From: Candidatus Latescibacterota bacterium
GTDB taxonomy: Bacteria > Latescibacterota > UBA2968 > UBA8231
Reading direction: 5' to 3'
NCBI GenBank assembly: GCA_965261395.1
Contig: OZ253462.1
Coordinates: forward strand, 672,001-736,000
DNA: 64,000 nt
Shown: positions 1 through 9,889 of the stretch, piece by piece
Position numbering within the stretch: the stretch's first letter is position 1
Layout of the letters: each line of letters opens with the position of its first letter
Program-made: the position numbers and the translations under genes
Notes under the pieces: model-generated
Databases searched by the model: none
What the model saw: the letters and a program-made list of their open reading frames with translations, nothing else
Told to the model about the DNA's origin: nothing

Positions 1-418
1 GGGGCGCGTTGCGCGATTGCTGGAAGGGCAGGAGCAGGCGATCAGCCTTGAGGGTGGCGGCGATCATGTTGTCGATTTCGGCCACGCTCCAAGCGAGGGG
101 TTTTTCGCAGATGGTGTGGTGGCCACTGCTGAGGGAATCGATAGTCGCTTGAGGATGGAGATGGCTGGGCAAGGCGTTGACGACCAAGTCGATATCGCTG
201 CGCGCGAGAAGGTCGTGGTAGTCGGCGTAGGCATCGCAGCCCATTTCGCCTTGGGCGCGCTGACGGCGGTCGTCAAGCAGGTCGGCGACGGCAACTATTT
301 GGTATTTGTGCGGGACGGTCTTGAAGTAGCGGCAGTGGATGTCGAGGCCGGAGCGACCTTGGCCGAGAACGGCGACGCGGATGGGGTCTTTTTGTGTAGG
401 CAATCTGGGTGGCTCCAT
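1..418 (-). CDS. Gfo/Idh/MocA family oxidoreductase (5' part; runs off the window)
   Basis: Not in the ORF track. Manual translation from the ATG at 418 gives MEPPRLPTQKDPIRVAVLGQGRSGLDIH...DIDLVVNALPSHLH...HTICEKPLA, with a Rossmann GxGxxG and the EKP motif. Confidence 0.85.
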   Translation of the reverse strand, partial: MEPPRLPTQKDPIRVAVLGQGRSGLDIHCRYFKTVPHKYQIVAVADLLDDRRQRAQGEMGCDAYADYHDLLARSDIDLVVNALPSHLHPQATIDSLSSGHHTICEKPLAWSVAEIDNMIAATLKADRLLLPFQQSRNAP

Positions 419-532
419 GTAAAGAGGGGCGTTTATGTTGGGGGTTGAGAGGAAGGGTGTCAAGGGTTTGTAAAGGGGAGTTGGGATGCGTAGTTTACCG
501 TGGTGGTAGATAACGATAACGAGGAGAAAAGC

Positions 533-1327
533 ATGCAACGCATCCGACATGTCCGTCTCTATGAGTTGGGCCCAGAAGGCGGTCCGGTCTTTGAGGGATT
601 GCGGCAAGAGACGCCGTGGTCGGCGTTCGACTATTGGATATTGGCACCGGGGGAAATGCGCTCGGTGCCAGCAGTTATAGGAATAGCTTGTGAACAGGGC
701 TATGTGTTTACGGGGGGGCCGGTGGCGTTGATCGTGGGTCAGCATCGAATAGAAAGCGGAAAAGGGGCTGGGTTTATCGTCGAACCTACCGGGTGTGCTC
801 ACGAACTGAAAAACTTGACCAAACGGTCTATACAAGTGTTGCGCGTGCGCGTCGCGATGGACGTGGATGCAGAGACGCAGCAACGCCTAGTCAACCGGTT
901 TTGGGAAGGGTTAGGCGTCAAACCGAACGCGGCGCAAGGTGTACCCCTCCTCAAGGGAACCTTTGACGAGCAAGCGCTAAAGTGGCGAGACGCAATCCAC
1001 GGAGGCTGTGGGAAGATCGCCACCCGGCATGTGATCCCGCCCAGGAATTTCTACAGTGATTGGACGTTTCTCGACCACGCGATTCTCGATGAGAAGGGGT
1101 CGTTAGGGTATCACCACCACGACGCGTTGGAGGAGAGCTTTGTGGTGCTGAAGGGACAGGGGTCGATGAAGATTGATGGCGAGACCTTTAAGGTGGGGCC
1201 GGGGTCGGTTACTTGGCAGGGCATTGGGCAGAAGCACCGCCTCTGCAATCTCGGGCCGGGAAAGCTGGAGTTTGTACGCATCGCCGTGAGGCAGGCGTAC
1301 ACTACCATTGACGTGCATGATAATTGA
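533..1327 (+). CDS. Cupin-domain protein (two cupin-like halves)
   Basis: GYHHHDALEESFVVLKGQG...PGSVTWQGIGQKHRL cupin motifs; GAGGAG RBS before ATG 533. Confidence 0.8.
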   Translation: MQRIRHVRLYELGPEGGPVFEGLRQETPWSAFDYWILAPGEMRSVPAVIGIACEQGYVFTGGPVALIVGQHRIESGKGAGFIVEPTGCAHELKNLTKRSIQVLRVRVAMDVDAETQQRLVNRFWEGLGVKPNAAQGVPLLKGTFDEQALKWRDAIHGGCGKIATRHVIPPRNFYSDWTFLDHAILDEKGSLGYHHHDALEESFVVLKGQGSMKIDGETFKVGPGSVTWQGIGQKHRLCNLGPGKLEFVRIAVRQAYTTIDVHDN

Positions 1328-1376
1328 CTTGCACGACGATTTGTCGGCGCGCAGGCCGACTTGAGAAAGGAAGATC

Positions 1377-2348
1377 ATGGACCAAGCCAATACAGTACGG
1401 CGCATGGCCGAGGCCGCCGGCAATTTCCTCGCGTCCTTAGATGCGGCCGGACGGCAGAAAGTAGTGATCGACTTTGCCGACAGCACGGAGCGCGAAAACT
1501 GGCACTACGTGCCTCGCGCGCGCGCCGGATTGCCGCTCAAGGAAATGGACGAGCGACAGCGGGAGCTAGCCCACGCGCTGGTAGCAACCGGAGTCAGCGC
1601 GTCGGGGTACGCAAAAGTCTCGACGATCATTTCGCTGGAGCCGATACTCGCCGAGCTAGAAGGAGCGGGGCGGCGCTTCCCGCGCGATCCCGAGTTGTAT
1701 CACGTAAGCATTTTCGGCGCGCCGGGCGGAGACGCGCCCTGGGGCTGGCGCTTTGAAGGCCACCACGTCTCGCTCAACCACACGATAGTAGAAGGTCGGA
1801 TGCTGGGATCGACGCCGTTGTTTTTTGGCTCAAACCCCGCCGAGGTGCGCCACGGCGAGCAAGCTGGGTTGCGGGCTTTGCGGGAGGAGGAAGATCTGGG
1901 GCGGCAGCTTTTGCACGAGTTGGACGGTGAGCAGAAAGCGATGGCCATCGTCAGTGCCGAAGCCCCAGGGGACATCCTCACGACCAATGTGCCCCACGTG
2001 CGCGGCGAGGTTGCGCCGGAGGGCTTGGGCAGCGCGGACATGAGTACAGCGCAGCGCCAGATCTTGGACGCCTTGCTTGCAGTGTACGTCCGGCGTCTGC
2101 CCGAAGCGGTGGCCGAAGCCGAATGGGCGCGACTCGGAACAGCATATTTACGGGCGGCGCACTTTGCTTGGGCCGGCGCAGAGGAACGAGGGGGACCTCA
2201 TTACTACCGAGTACAGGGGCCGAGTTTCCTAGCCGAGTACGACAACACCCAAAACGACGCCAACCACATCCACGCGGTTTGGCGCGACCTGCGCAACGAT
2301 TTCGGCGAAGATCTGCTTAGGCGACACTATCGGCAGAACCATAGATAG
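1377..2348 (+). CDS. DUF3500 domain protein
   Basis: WHYVP, WGWRFEGHHVSLN, YYRVQGPSFLAEYDNTQNDANHIHAVWRD..NDFG are typical of DUF3500. Confidence 0.9.
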   Translation: MDQANTVRRMAEAAGNFLASLDAAGRQKVVIDFADSTERENWHYVPRARAGLPLKEMDERQRELAHALVATGVSASGYAKVSTIISLEPILAELEGAGRRFPRDPELYHVSIFGAPGGDAPWGWRFEGHHVSLNHTIVEGRMLGSTPLFFGSNPAEVRHGEQAGLRALREEEDLGRQLLHELDGEQKAMAIVSAEAPGDILTTNVPHVRGEVAPEGLGSADMSTAQRQILDALLAVYVRRLPEAVAEAEWARLGTAYLRAAHFAWAGAEERGGPHYYRVQGPSFLAEYDNTQNDANHIHAVWRDLRNDFGEDLLRRHYRQNHR

Positions 2349-2363
2349 TTTAGGAATTGCGAA

Positions 2364-4532
2364 TTGAGCAATGGACCAATTCCCAATTCTTTTGGAGAGA
2401 TTTCTTTGACCGTTACGGCCGTCTTCGGTTCACGCGCCGCGTTCTACGAACAATTGCACTGCCGCTACCAGCGCCGCGAGTTCGACAACTGGCAGGTCTG
2501 GGGCGGCAACCTGACCATTGAAATCGACGGTCGGGTTTGCGAGCCGCCCCTCGCTAGGGCCTATATCGAACCCGGCAAAACAACGGCCCGCGCCCGGGTG
2601 CGCTGCGAGCTTTTCGTCGCTGCCGTTGACCCGTACCAAGTCCAGCCAAGGGATGTGGATGCGCGGCTGTGGACCGATGCCAGCGGGACCAACGCGTATG
2701 TGGAGATGCGGCTGCTCGTCGATGAGGAAGGCACTCCCGTCCTCGCCGACAACAATCTTATCTTTGAGTCGGCCGCTTTCGCGCTTGAGCGCACCGGGGC
2801 CTTCAACTACGCGGTGGAGTTTTCCGCCGACAGCTACGCCGAGGCCGGGCGCAAGGAGTGGATCAGCCTCAACGATCTAGCCGAAAACCGCGACGGGATC
2901 ATCGTCGTCAGCCCGCAGTGGGTACGCCAAGGGCCGACGATCGCCGAAGTGTGTGCGCGCAAGGTCGGCGCGCGCATCGAAGGAGGCCGCTTCCGCTCGG
3001 GCCGGCTCGCCGACCTGACGCGGCGCATAGATGCCATTCCGGCCGACGTGATCTACCTGCTGCCTTTCTTCCGCCCGGGTTTTGTGGACCTGCACACCGG
3101 CGAGGATGTGCGCAAGGGTACCCTCGGCAGCGTCTATGCGGTACAGGACTTTTTCCAGGTTGACCCTGAGCTGGTTTCGCCAGCCGAGGAAGTGGATTGG
3201 GGGGCACTGGTGGCGGAGGGGCTCATGCGCTCAGAGGAAATAGAAGGTCTCGCCGGGCTGTTGGCGGTCCAAGCGGAAAAAGTCCTCGGCCGCGACGCCT
3301 TCGTCCAGCTCGTCGGTCGCGCCGAGTTGCGAGCACTGACCAAGAGGGCGCACGCGCTCGGCAAGAAGGTCATCTTCGACTTGGTGCTGATGCAGAGCAG
3401 CCGCGACTGCCCACTAATCGCCGAGCATCCCGAGTGGTATCTGCGCGACGAGCGCGGGGTGCCGCAAATCCATCAGATCGCTTGGCTGGTTTATTCGGAC
3501 GTGGCGCTCTTTGACTTGGTTTACAATCAGCCGTTGCAAGAGTACTTGCTGGAGATCGCCCCGTATTGGATCGAGCAGTGCGGGTTCGACGGGGTGCGGA
3601 TCGACGCCAGCCAGACCATTGACCGGCCCTTCCTCAAAAAGCTCAAGAACCGCATTCAGGCTGCCGCGCCCGAAGCCCTCCTGCTGGGCGAGACGCTATG
3701 TCCGCTAACCGAAGCAGAGGATGTCCCGGCAGATGCGATCTACGCGCTCTTAGTTGACTTTCACCGCGACGTCGAACACGCCCAGCCCCTCATCGATTTC
3801 CTAGAGGAGACGAATCGCACCTTCGCGCCCGGCACCGTGGCCATGGCCTACTTTGAAAATCACGACAGCCCACGCGCCACCCAAGTCTGGCACGAGCAGT
3901 TCCGGGAACTTTTGCGCTGCGACGAGCAGGCGCGAGACTACTGGCAGGGTCTTATCTGTCCCATCCAGTCGGATCCGGGAAACCGGGCACTGCTAATGGC
4001 ATTGCTCAAAAATTTGCAGGCCGCCCTGATCGACTGCTCGGCCGGCTCGGCCTCTGGGTGCAATCTGACGCGGGGCTTAGAGCTGGGCAGCGAGTGGGGC
4101 GAGGAAACGCGCACCGACTTTGAACACGAGACCCTACTGCACTTCGACCAAGCCGAACGCGAGCCACACGCCAGCCTAGCGAGGGCCTACGGGGATCTTC
4201 TCGCGCTGCAAAAGGAGTGGCCGGAATTTTGCGCCGGAGAGGTGTACTTCCACCGCAACGAGTTCGAGGGCGGAGACCCAGACGACTGCATTCTGGCGTA
4301 CGTGCGCTATACTGATCGGAGCGCGCTTTTGGTGGTACATAACTTCGACCCACGCACCGTGCGGCGGGCCTTCTACCGCTTCGATTACCTACCGCAGCCG
4401 CCCACATCGCGCCAAAAGTGCTTCGACGCGTACGAGGCCCTGGCGATTGAGGCTATACCCGTTAGCGACGAGGTCTCGGAGATCAGCCTCATGCCGCTAC
4501 AGACGCAAGTGTGGCGGCTTTACTGGACCTAA
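2364..4532 (+). CDS. Alpha-amylase family (GH13-like) glycoside hydrolase with N-terminal extension
   Basis: GSVYAVQDF, VIFDLV, GFDGVRIDAS (nucleophile D), LGETL (acid/base E), ENHDSPR. Start codon uncertain (TTG). Confidence 0.8.
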   Translation: MSNGPIPNSFGEISLTVTAVFGSRAAFYEQLHCRYQRREFDNWQVWGGNLTIEIDGRVCEPPLARAYIEPGKTTARARVRCELFVAAVDPYQVQPRDVDARLWTDASGTNAYVEMRLLVDEEGTPVLADNNLIFESAAFALERTGAFNYAVEFSADSYAEAGRKEWISLNDLAENRDGIIVVSPQWVRQGPTIAEVCARKVGARIEGGRFRSGRLADLTRRIDAIPADVIYLLPFFRPGFVDLHTGEDVRKGTLGSVYAVQDFFQVDPELVSPAEEVDWGALVAEGLMRSEEIEGLAGLLAVQAEKVLGRDAFVQLVGRAELRALTKRAHALGKKVIFDLVLMQSSRDCPLIAEHPEWYLRDERGVPQIHQIAWLVYSDVALFDLVYNQPLQEYLLEIAPYWIEQCGFDGVRIDASQTIDRPFLKKLKNRIQAAAPEALLLGETLCPLTEAEDVPADAIYALLVDFHRDVEHAQPLIDFLEETNRTFAPGTVAMAYFENHDSPRATQVWHEQFRELLRCDEQARDYWQGLICPIQSDPGNRALLMALLKNLQAALIDCSAGSASGCNLTRGLELGSEWGEETRTDFEHETLLHFDQAEREPHASLARAYGDLLALQKEWPEFCAGEVYFHRNEFEGGDPDDCILAYVRYTDRSALLVVHNFDPRTVRRAFYRFDYLPQPPTSRQKCFDAYEALAIEAIPVSDEVSEISLMPLQTQVWRLYWT

Positions 4533-4549
4533 ACGAAAGGAACACGAGC

Positions 4550-5356
4550 ATGAGCAAAATAGGCGCAATTCACTACAACTGGCCCGGCTGCGATCTCGAA
4601 GGCTTCGCCCGGCGGGCCAGCGAAATCGGCTACCGGCACTGCGAATTGCAGATCCGCGATATCTGGGATGGCGAGTCCAAAAACGGCGAGCAGACGGCCG
4701 CAGCCACCCGCGAGTTATTGGCCAAATACGGGATGCAAGCCTCGGCGGTAGCGGCTGGCAACGACTTCTTGCAAGCCGACGGCCGCGACTTGGACGCGCA
4801 AATCGAGCGCTACCGCTACGTCTGCCAGATCATTCCCATAACCGGTACGGACATCGTGCGCTCGGACGGCGGTTGGAACCGCAACGGCGACGTGCCGGAA
4901 GACCAGTGGGACGGCATGATGTTAGAGGCCTTCAAGCGCTGCGCCGACTTTCTGGAGGAGTACGACGTGCGGATCGCCCTCGACAATCACGGAATCTCCA
5001 CCAACGATGGCGATTGGCAGTTAAGCCTGATCGAGCGCGTTGGCTCGGACCGACTCGGCGTCAACTTGGATACCATGAACTATCGCTGGTTTGGGCACGA
5101 GTTGGACCAAATTGATCGCTTCTACGAGATTTTGGCACCGCACGTTTTCCACACCCACATAAAGGACGGAACCGGCTCGCGGCAAGATTACAAGGGGGCG
5201 GCATTGGGCGAGGGCGAGATTCACCTCGACCACGCGGTCAAGTGCCTCAAGGCGGCCGGCTACAACGGGGCCTGGACGGCTGAATACGAAGGGCCGGCGA
5301 CCGAGGGGCAGGCGGGATACGAAAAGTGCTACCAGTGGCTGGTGGAGAACGTCTGA
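4550..5356 (+). CDS. Sugar phosphate isomerase/epimerase (xylose isomerase-like TIM barrel)
   Basis: DNHG, LDTMN, HTHIKD, LGEGEI and AEYE motifs; GAAAGGA RBS. Confidence 0.85.
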   Translation: MSKIGAIHYNWPGCDLEGFARRASEIGYRHCELQIRDIWDGESKNGEQTAAATRELLAKYGMQASAVAAGNDFLQADGRDLDAQIERYRYVCQIIPITGTDIVRSDGGWNRNGDVPEDQWDGMMLEAFKRCADFLEEYDVRIALDNHGISTNDGDWQLSLIERVGSDRLGVNLDTMNYRWFGHELDQIDRFYEILAPHVFHTHIKDGTGSRQDYKGAALGEGEIHLDHAVKCLKAAGYNGAWTAEYEGPATEGQAGYEKCYQWLVENV

Positions 5357-5364
5357 GTCTTGTT

Positions 5365-5982
5365 TTACGCGCGGTTTTTACTGTCCAAAATTTCGGCTAA
5401 CTCGCACGCGGTGCTTGCCGCGTCGCGGAAGAGGACCGTCTCCAAGCCCAGCGCTGCGGCCGCGGCCACGCAGTGCGGGTTGTCGTCGATTAGCACGGCT
5501 TCTTGTGGCTGACAGCCAATCTGCTCCAGCGCATAGCGAAAGGCCGCAGAACCGGGTTTGAGCAGGCCGATTTCCTGCGAGAGGAACACCTGCTCAAAGA
5601 CATCGAGGGTCGTGCAAACGCGCTGGATGCCGCGCCAGAGTAATTCGTTGTTGTTCGACAGCGCGTACAGAGGGTACTCGGCGGCTAGCTGTCGAAGCAA
5701 TGGAGCGACGCCCTCGATCTCGTGCAGGATCAGCCCCCCGAAGGCGCGGCCCAATGCGTCGTCAGTAGCCTCTAGGCCAGTGCCCTTGCGCAAGGCGGCG
5801 AGGAAGGCCGCAGCGCCGATTTCGCCGCGTTCAAAGGCGAGGAACTCCGCGCTGCCGCCGAACCACTGCTCCAAGCGACGAACATGGCTGGGGTCAGTGC
5901 CTCCGAGCAAAAGGGCCAACCCAGGCAGACCGGCGGTGCGCACTACGGTGTCGCAAAGATCGAAGATCAGGGCGCGGATCAC
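5365..5982 (-). CDS. HAD family phosphatase
   Basis: FDLCDT (DxxD), LSN, KP and IDD motifs. Confidence 0.85.
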   Translation of the reverse strand: MIRALIFDLCDTVVRTAGLPGLALLLGGTDPSHVRRLEQWFGGSAEFLAFERGEIGAAAFLAALRKGTGLEATDDALGRAFGGLILHEIEGVAPLLRQLAAEYPLYALSNNNELLWRGIQRVCTTLDVFEQVFLSQEIGLLKPGSAAFRYALEQIGCQPQEAVLIDDNPHCVAAAAALGLETVLFRDAASTACELAEILDSKNRA

Positions 5983-8900
5983 CGGATTTGACGAATCTGC
6001 TCGACCTTCTTGTCGAGCCGTTTGGGGGAGATCGGGTGGGCGGTGCCTAGCTCCTGGGCGAAGACCGAGACGCGATATTCCTCCAGCATCCAGCGCAATT
6101 CCTCGATTTGGGCCGCTCGCTCGGGCGAATTGGTTTCCCCGGCGAGCTTTTCCAACTGGCTCTGGTACATCTCAATCAACTCGGCTTTCTGCACGTCCTT
6201 GCGTGGGTCGGTCGCGGCGCGCTCGACGCGCACCTCGACGGCTTTTAGGTAGCGGATCAGGTGGCTGAGGTGTTGGTAGGGAACGCGGGCCAAGAAATCG
6301 TCGGGCAGCAGTCGCTCCAAGTCCGCGTCTAGCCCGCGATATCCCCGGCCCGCAAGGCGGATTGCCCGGCGAGCTTCAAGCAGGCTATCGACTAAGGAGA
6401 TGAAGCGTGCAGCCAAGCCGCGCAACCGCAGCTTGGCCTGCACCAGTACGGCGTCGAAATCCTCTCGGCGCAGGGGTAGGATTTGCTCGCGGTGGAAGAG
6501 ATAGCGCTCGAGATGTTCAAATGCTTGGGTGCGCAGTTCTAGGGAACTGCCTTGGTAGCGCGCCTTGAATTGCGCCAGCTCCTGGAGCTCGCGCCGGAGC
6601 CACGCTAGCTCGTCGCGGAGCGCGAGGGCACAGAGGCCCAGGAAACCCTCGTGCGAACGGGCTTCGGCTTCGACGCGATTTTTGTAGAGCCGCAGCGACA
6701 CGTCACCTTCGTCGCGGTCGAGGCCGGGCCATCCATAAAGCGGCATCCCGCCCGCTTGGGTCACCTCTATTCGTTCGGGCAGGTCGCCGAAATCCCAAGT
6801 AGTTATCCCGTCTCTTTCCCACTGTTGGGCCGCCTTTTTCCAAGCGTCGAGTTCGACTGGGGTGTCGTGCTGTTCGAGGCGTTGGGTCAGTTGCTGCAAA
6901 TCGCGGCCGGCCGCGACGGATTGATCGTCGGTGCCTTGGATATCGACGCGCATCTTGAGGTGGTCGGGCAGGTCGGTGGCGTTCCAGTCTGATGCTTGAA
7001 TTTGGATCCGGTAGTGCTGACGGATGTGTTCCCGTAGCGACTCCAAGAAGGTGGGATGGGTCGGCTTGAGTACGGCTGCAATGCTCTTGGCCTTTGCGGG
7101 GATCGGTACCAGTTGCTTGCGAATGGACTTGGGCAACGAGCGCAGCAGGACGGTGATTTTATCTTCGAGCAGGCCCGGCACCAGCCATTCGAGTATTTCT
7201 GGATCAACGGCGTGGGCCAGTTTGTAGGGCAATTTGACGGTGACGCCGTCCTCGTCTTGCCCCGGGCGATAGGCGTAGCTGATGGCTAGCTTTTTGCCGT
7301 CGAGGTCGAGTGCGTCTGGGAAGGCCTGTTGGTCGAAATCGGCGCGGGTGGTGCCGAGCAAGTCCTCCTCCTGCATCATCAGGAAGTCGTCGGCTTTGTC
7401 TTTGAGGAACCGGTTGAGGTCGGGCAGCGAGGAAACATCGTCGAGGTGCTGGGAGTAAAAGCGGGCGGCGGCCTCTTCGACGTGGACATCGGCCAAACCG
7501 CGGGCGCGGGTCTGCCAAGTTTCGATCTTCTGACACAGGCGAATGTTGTGCGCGAGAAACTTGTGCGGAGTGTGCACCGTCCCAGGCACCAACGCCTCGC
7601 GGATGAATATCTCGGTGGCCTCGCGGGCGTTGATGCGGCTATAAGGGATGCGGCGGCTGAGCACTTCGAGGCCGTAGAGGATCAGCTTTTCGCGCACCAG
7701 CACCCGCCCCGAGCGCGGGTTGAAATAAGGTTGGTCGTAGGAAGCGCGGCACAAGTGGCTGCCTAGCTCAGCGAGCCATTCGGGCTGGATGCGGGCGACC
7801 GTGCGGGCGAACAGGCGCGAGGTCTCGACGATTTCGGCCGCGACCAGCCAACCGGGGGGGCCGCCGCCCTCGGCTGGCTTCTTGCCCTTGTTAGAGCGGA
7901 AGAGTCCCGAGCCGGGAAAAACCATCACCTCGCGACTGCGCGCTGCCTGATAGATATTGCCCTCCTCTTGGCGCGCCACACTCGAAAGCAAGCCGGTGAG
8001 TATCGCGCGGTGGATCGCGTCGTACCCGGCGGGTTCTTGGTTGAAGCGGAAGCCTTTTATCTCGCCCAGTGCCTCGCGGATCTGCGCGTGGATATCGCGC
8101 CATTCGCGCATCCGCATGTAGGACAGATAGTGCGCCTTACAGAATTTGCGTAGCTGGTTCTGCGAGGCACTTTCCACTTTGTCGTGATAGGCGTTCCAGA
8201 TGTTGAGGTAGGCTAGGAAATCGGAATTTTTGTCGTGGAACTGTCGGTGCATTTGGTCGGCCGCATCCTGCTCTTCCAGAGGCCGCTCGCGCGGATCTTG
8301 AATGCTGATGGCCGCGGCGATGACGAGCACCTCGGAAAGGGCTTGCTCCTCGCGGGCCCGAAGCAGCATCCGCGAGACCGTGGGGTCAATGGGCAGGCGC
8401 GCCATAGCGCGGCCCATGGGGGTGAGTGCGCGGTTTTCGTCGAGGGCATTGAGCTGGCTCAGAAGTTGGAAACCGCCGGCGATAGTGGCTTTTGCCGGGG
8501 GGTCGATAAAGGGAAAAGCCTCAATGTCCCCTAGCTTGAGGTTGATCATCCGCAGGATGACCTCGGCGAGATTGGCGCGCTGGATCTCGGGCTGGGTGTA
8601 TTCGGGCCGCGAGAGAAAATCCTGCTCAGAGTAGAGGCGAATACACACCCCGTCCTCGACCCGCCCACAGCGCCCCTCTCTTTGGCGGGCACTGCTCTGC
8701 GAGATCGGTTCGATCGGCAGGCGCTGAGTGTGGGTGCGCGGGTTATAGCGCGACAGACGCGCCAAGCCCGTATCTACGACGTAGCGGATGCGGGGGATGG
8801 TCAGCGAAGTCTCGGCGATATTGGTGGCCAACACTACGCGACGACGGTCACCCGGGGCGAATACGCGCTGCTGCTCTCCGGCGGTTAGGCGGCCAAACAG

Positions 8901-9860
8901 CGGCAAGATCTCGACCCCGCGCAGTTTGCGCCCTTCGAGCCGCTCGCGGGTTTCGTGGATATCGCGCTCAGACGGCAGAAAGACCAAGAGGTCGCCTTGC
9001 CGCGATGTGCGCAAAATTTCGTCCACCGCGCTGGCGGCCGCATCCAAATACGTGTAGTCGCCGCGATCCTGCAGGATCTCGTCGAGTGGCCAATAGCTAA
9101 CCTCAACTGGGAACATCCGGCCTGAGACCTCGATGATGGGGGCGTCGTCAAAAGCCTTAGAGAAGGTTTCAGTGTCGATGGTAGCCGAGGTGATGACGAT
9201 CTTGAGTTCGGGTCGCTTGCGGCGCAAAAGCCGCAGGTAGCCGAGCAGGAAGTCGATGTTGAGGCTGCGCTCGTGGGCCTCATCCACGATAATGGTATCG
9301 TATTCGAGCAGGTCGGGATCGGTTTGGGTCTCGGCCAGCAGCATCCCGTCGGTCATGACCTTGATACAGGTCTCGGGAGCAGTCTGGTCGCGGAAGCGGA
9401 TTTTGCAGCCGACATCGCGGCCGTAGGTCACCTTGAGTTCTTCAGCCACGCGCTGGGCGATGGAAAGAGCGGCGACGCGGCGCGGCTGCGTGACGGCGAT
9501 GCGGGCGGCCTCGCCCCGGCCAGCCTCTAGGCAGATTTTGGGCAGTTGAGTGCTCTTGCCCGAACCGGTCTCGCCGGCGACGATGACGACGGGGTGCGCC
9601 TTGATCGCCGCGAGGATTTCGTCCCTGCGATCGCTGATGGGCAGGGCGGGTGGGTAGGTGGGGTTTGGGCGGTTTCCGCGCCGCCGTTCGCGCAGGTGAG
9701 CAGAGCTGCGAGCTTGGCCTATGAGGCGTTCGACCTCTTCGGGGTTGAGGCGGCGACGCTTCAGACGCCGTTCGATGCGTACCCGGTCCTGGAGCATACA
9801 CTGGGGCAGGAGGGTTTTAAGCGCCGTGATGGGGTAGGGTTTACTAGGCGATTGATTCAA
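5979..9860 (-). CDS. hrpA: ATP-dependent RNA helicase HrpA
   Basis: GETGSGKSTQ, TQPRRVAA, DEAH, SAT, TNIAETSLT, QREGRCGR; C-terminal WMLEEYRVSVFAQELGT..PIS.KRL. Confidence 0.95.
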   Translation of the reverse strand: MNQSPSKPYPITALKTLLPQCMLQDRVRIERRLKRRRLNPEEVERLIGQARSSAHLRERRRGNRPNPTYPPALPISDRRDEILAAIKAHPVVIVAGETGSGKSTQLPKICLEAGRGEAARIAVTQPRRVAALSIAQRVAEELKVTYGRDVGCKIRFRDQTAPETCIKVMTDGMLLAETQTDPDLLEYDTIIVDEAHERSLNIDFLLGYLRLLRRKRPELKIVITSATIDTETFSKAFDDAPIIEVSGRMFPVEVSYWPLDEILQDRGDYTYLDAAASAVDEILRTSRQGDLLVFLPSERDIHETRERLEGRKLRGVEILPLFGRLTAGEQQRVFAPGDRRRVVLATNIAETSLTIPRIRYVVDTGLARLSRYNPRTHTQRLPIEPISQSSARQREGRCGRVEDGVCIRLYSEQDFLSRPEYTQPEIQRANLAEVILRMINLKLGDIEAFPFIDPPAKATIAGGFQLLSQLNALDENRALTPMGRAMARLPIDPTVSRMLLRAREEQALSEVLVIAAAISIQDPRERPLEEQDAADQMHRQFHDKNSDFLAYLNIWNAYHDKVESASQNQLRKFCKAHYLSYMRMREWRDIHAQIREALGEIKGFRFNQEPAGYDAIHRAILTGLLSSVARQEEGNIYQAARSREVMVFPGSGLFRSNKGKKPAEGGGPPGWLVAAEIVETSRLFARTVARIQPEWLAELGSHLCRASYDQPYFNPRSGRVLVREKLILYGLEVLSRRIPYSRINAREATEIFIREALVPGTVHTPHKFLAHNIRLCQKIETWQTRARGLADVHVEEAAARFYSQHLDDVSSLPDLNRFLKDKADDFLMMQEEDLLGTTRADFDQQAFPDALDLDGKKLAISYAYRPGQDEDGVTVKLPYKLAHAVDPEILEWLVPGLLEDKITVLLRSLPKSIRKQLVPIPAKAKSIAAVLKPTHPTFLESLREHIRQHYRIQIQASDWNATDLPDHLKMRVDIQGTDDQSVAAGRDLQQLTQRLEQHDTPVELDAWKKAAQQWERDGITTWDFGDLPERIEVTQAGGMPLYGWPGLDRDEGDVSLRLYKNRVEAEARSHEGFLGLCALALRDELAWLRRELQELAQFKARYQGSSLELRTQAFEHLERYLFHREQILPLRREDFDAVLVQAKLRLRGLAARFISLVDSLLEARRAIRLAGRGYRGLDADLERLLPDDFLARVPYQHLSHLIRYLKAVEVRVERAATDPRKDVQKAELIEMYQSQLEKLAGETNSPERAAQIEELRWMLEEYRVSVFAQELGTAHPISPKRLDKKVEQIRQIR

Positions 9861-9889
9861 AATTTACAAGAGGTTATTTTGCCAGCCCT

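Noticed and set aside
17-448. 143-aa plus-strand ORF and the many similar antisense or alternate-frame ORFs in the track
   Set aside because: These are shadows of real genes in high-GC DNA; here the real gene is the minus-strand oxidoreductase.
1325-1327. Selenocysteine at the cupin TGA
   Set aside because: The plausible continuation is in another frame and is explained by the 16-bp duplication; no SECIS-like hairpin is evident.
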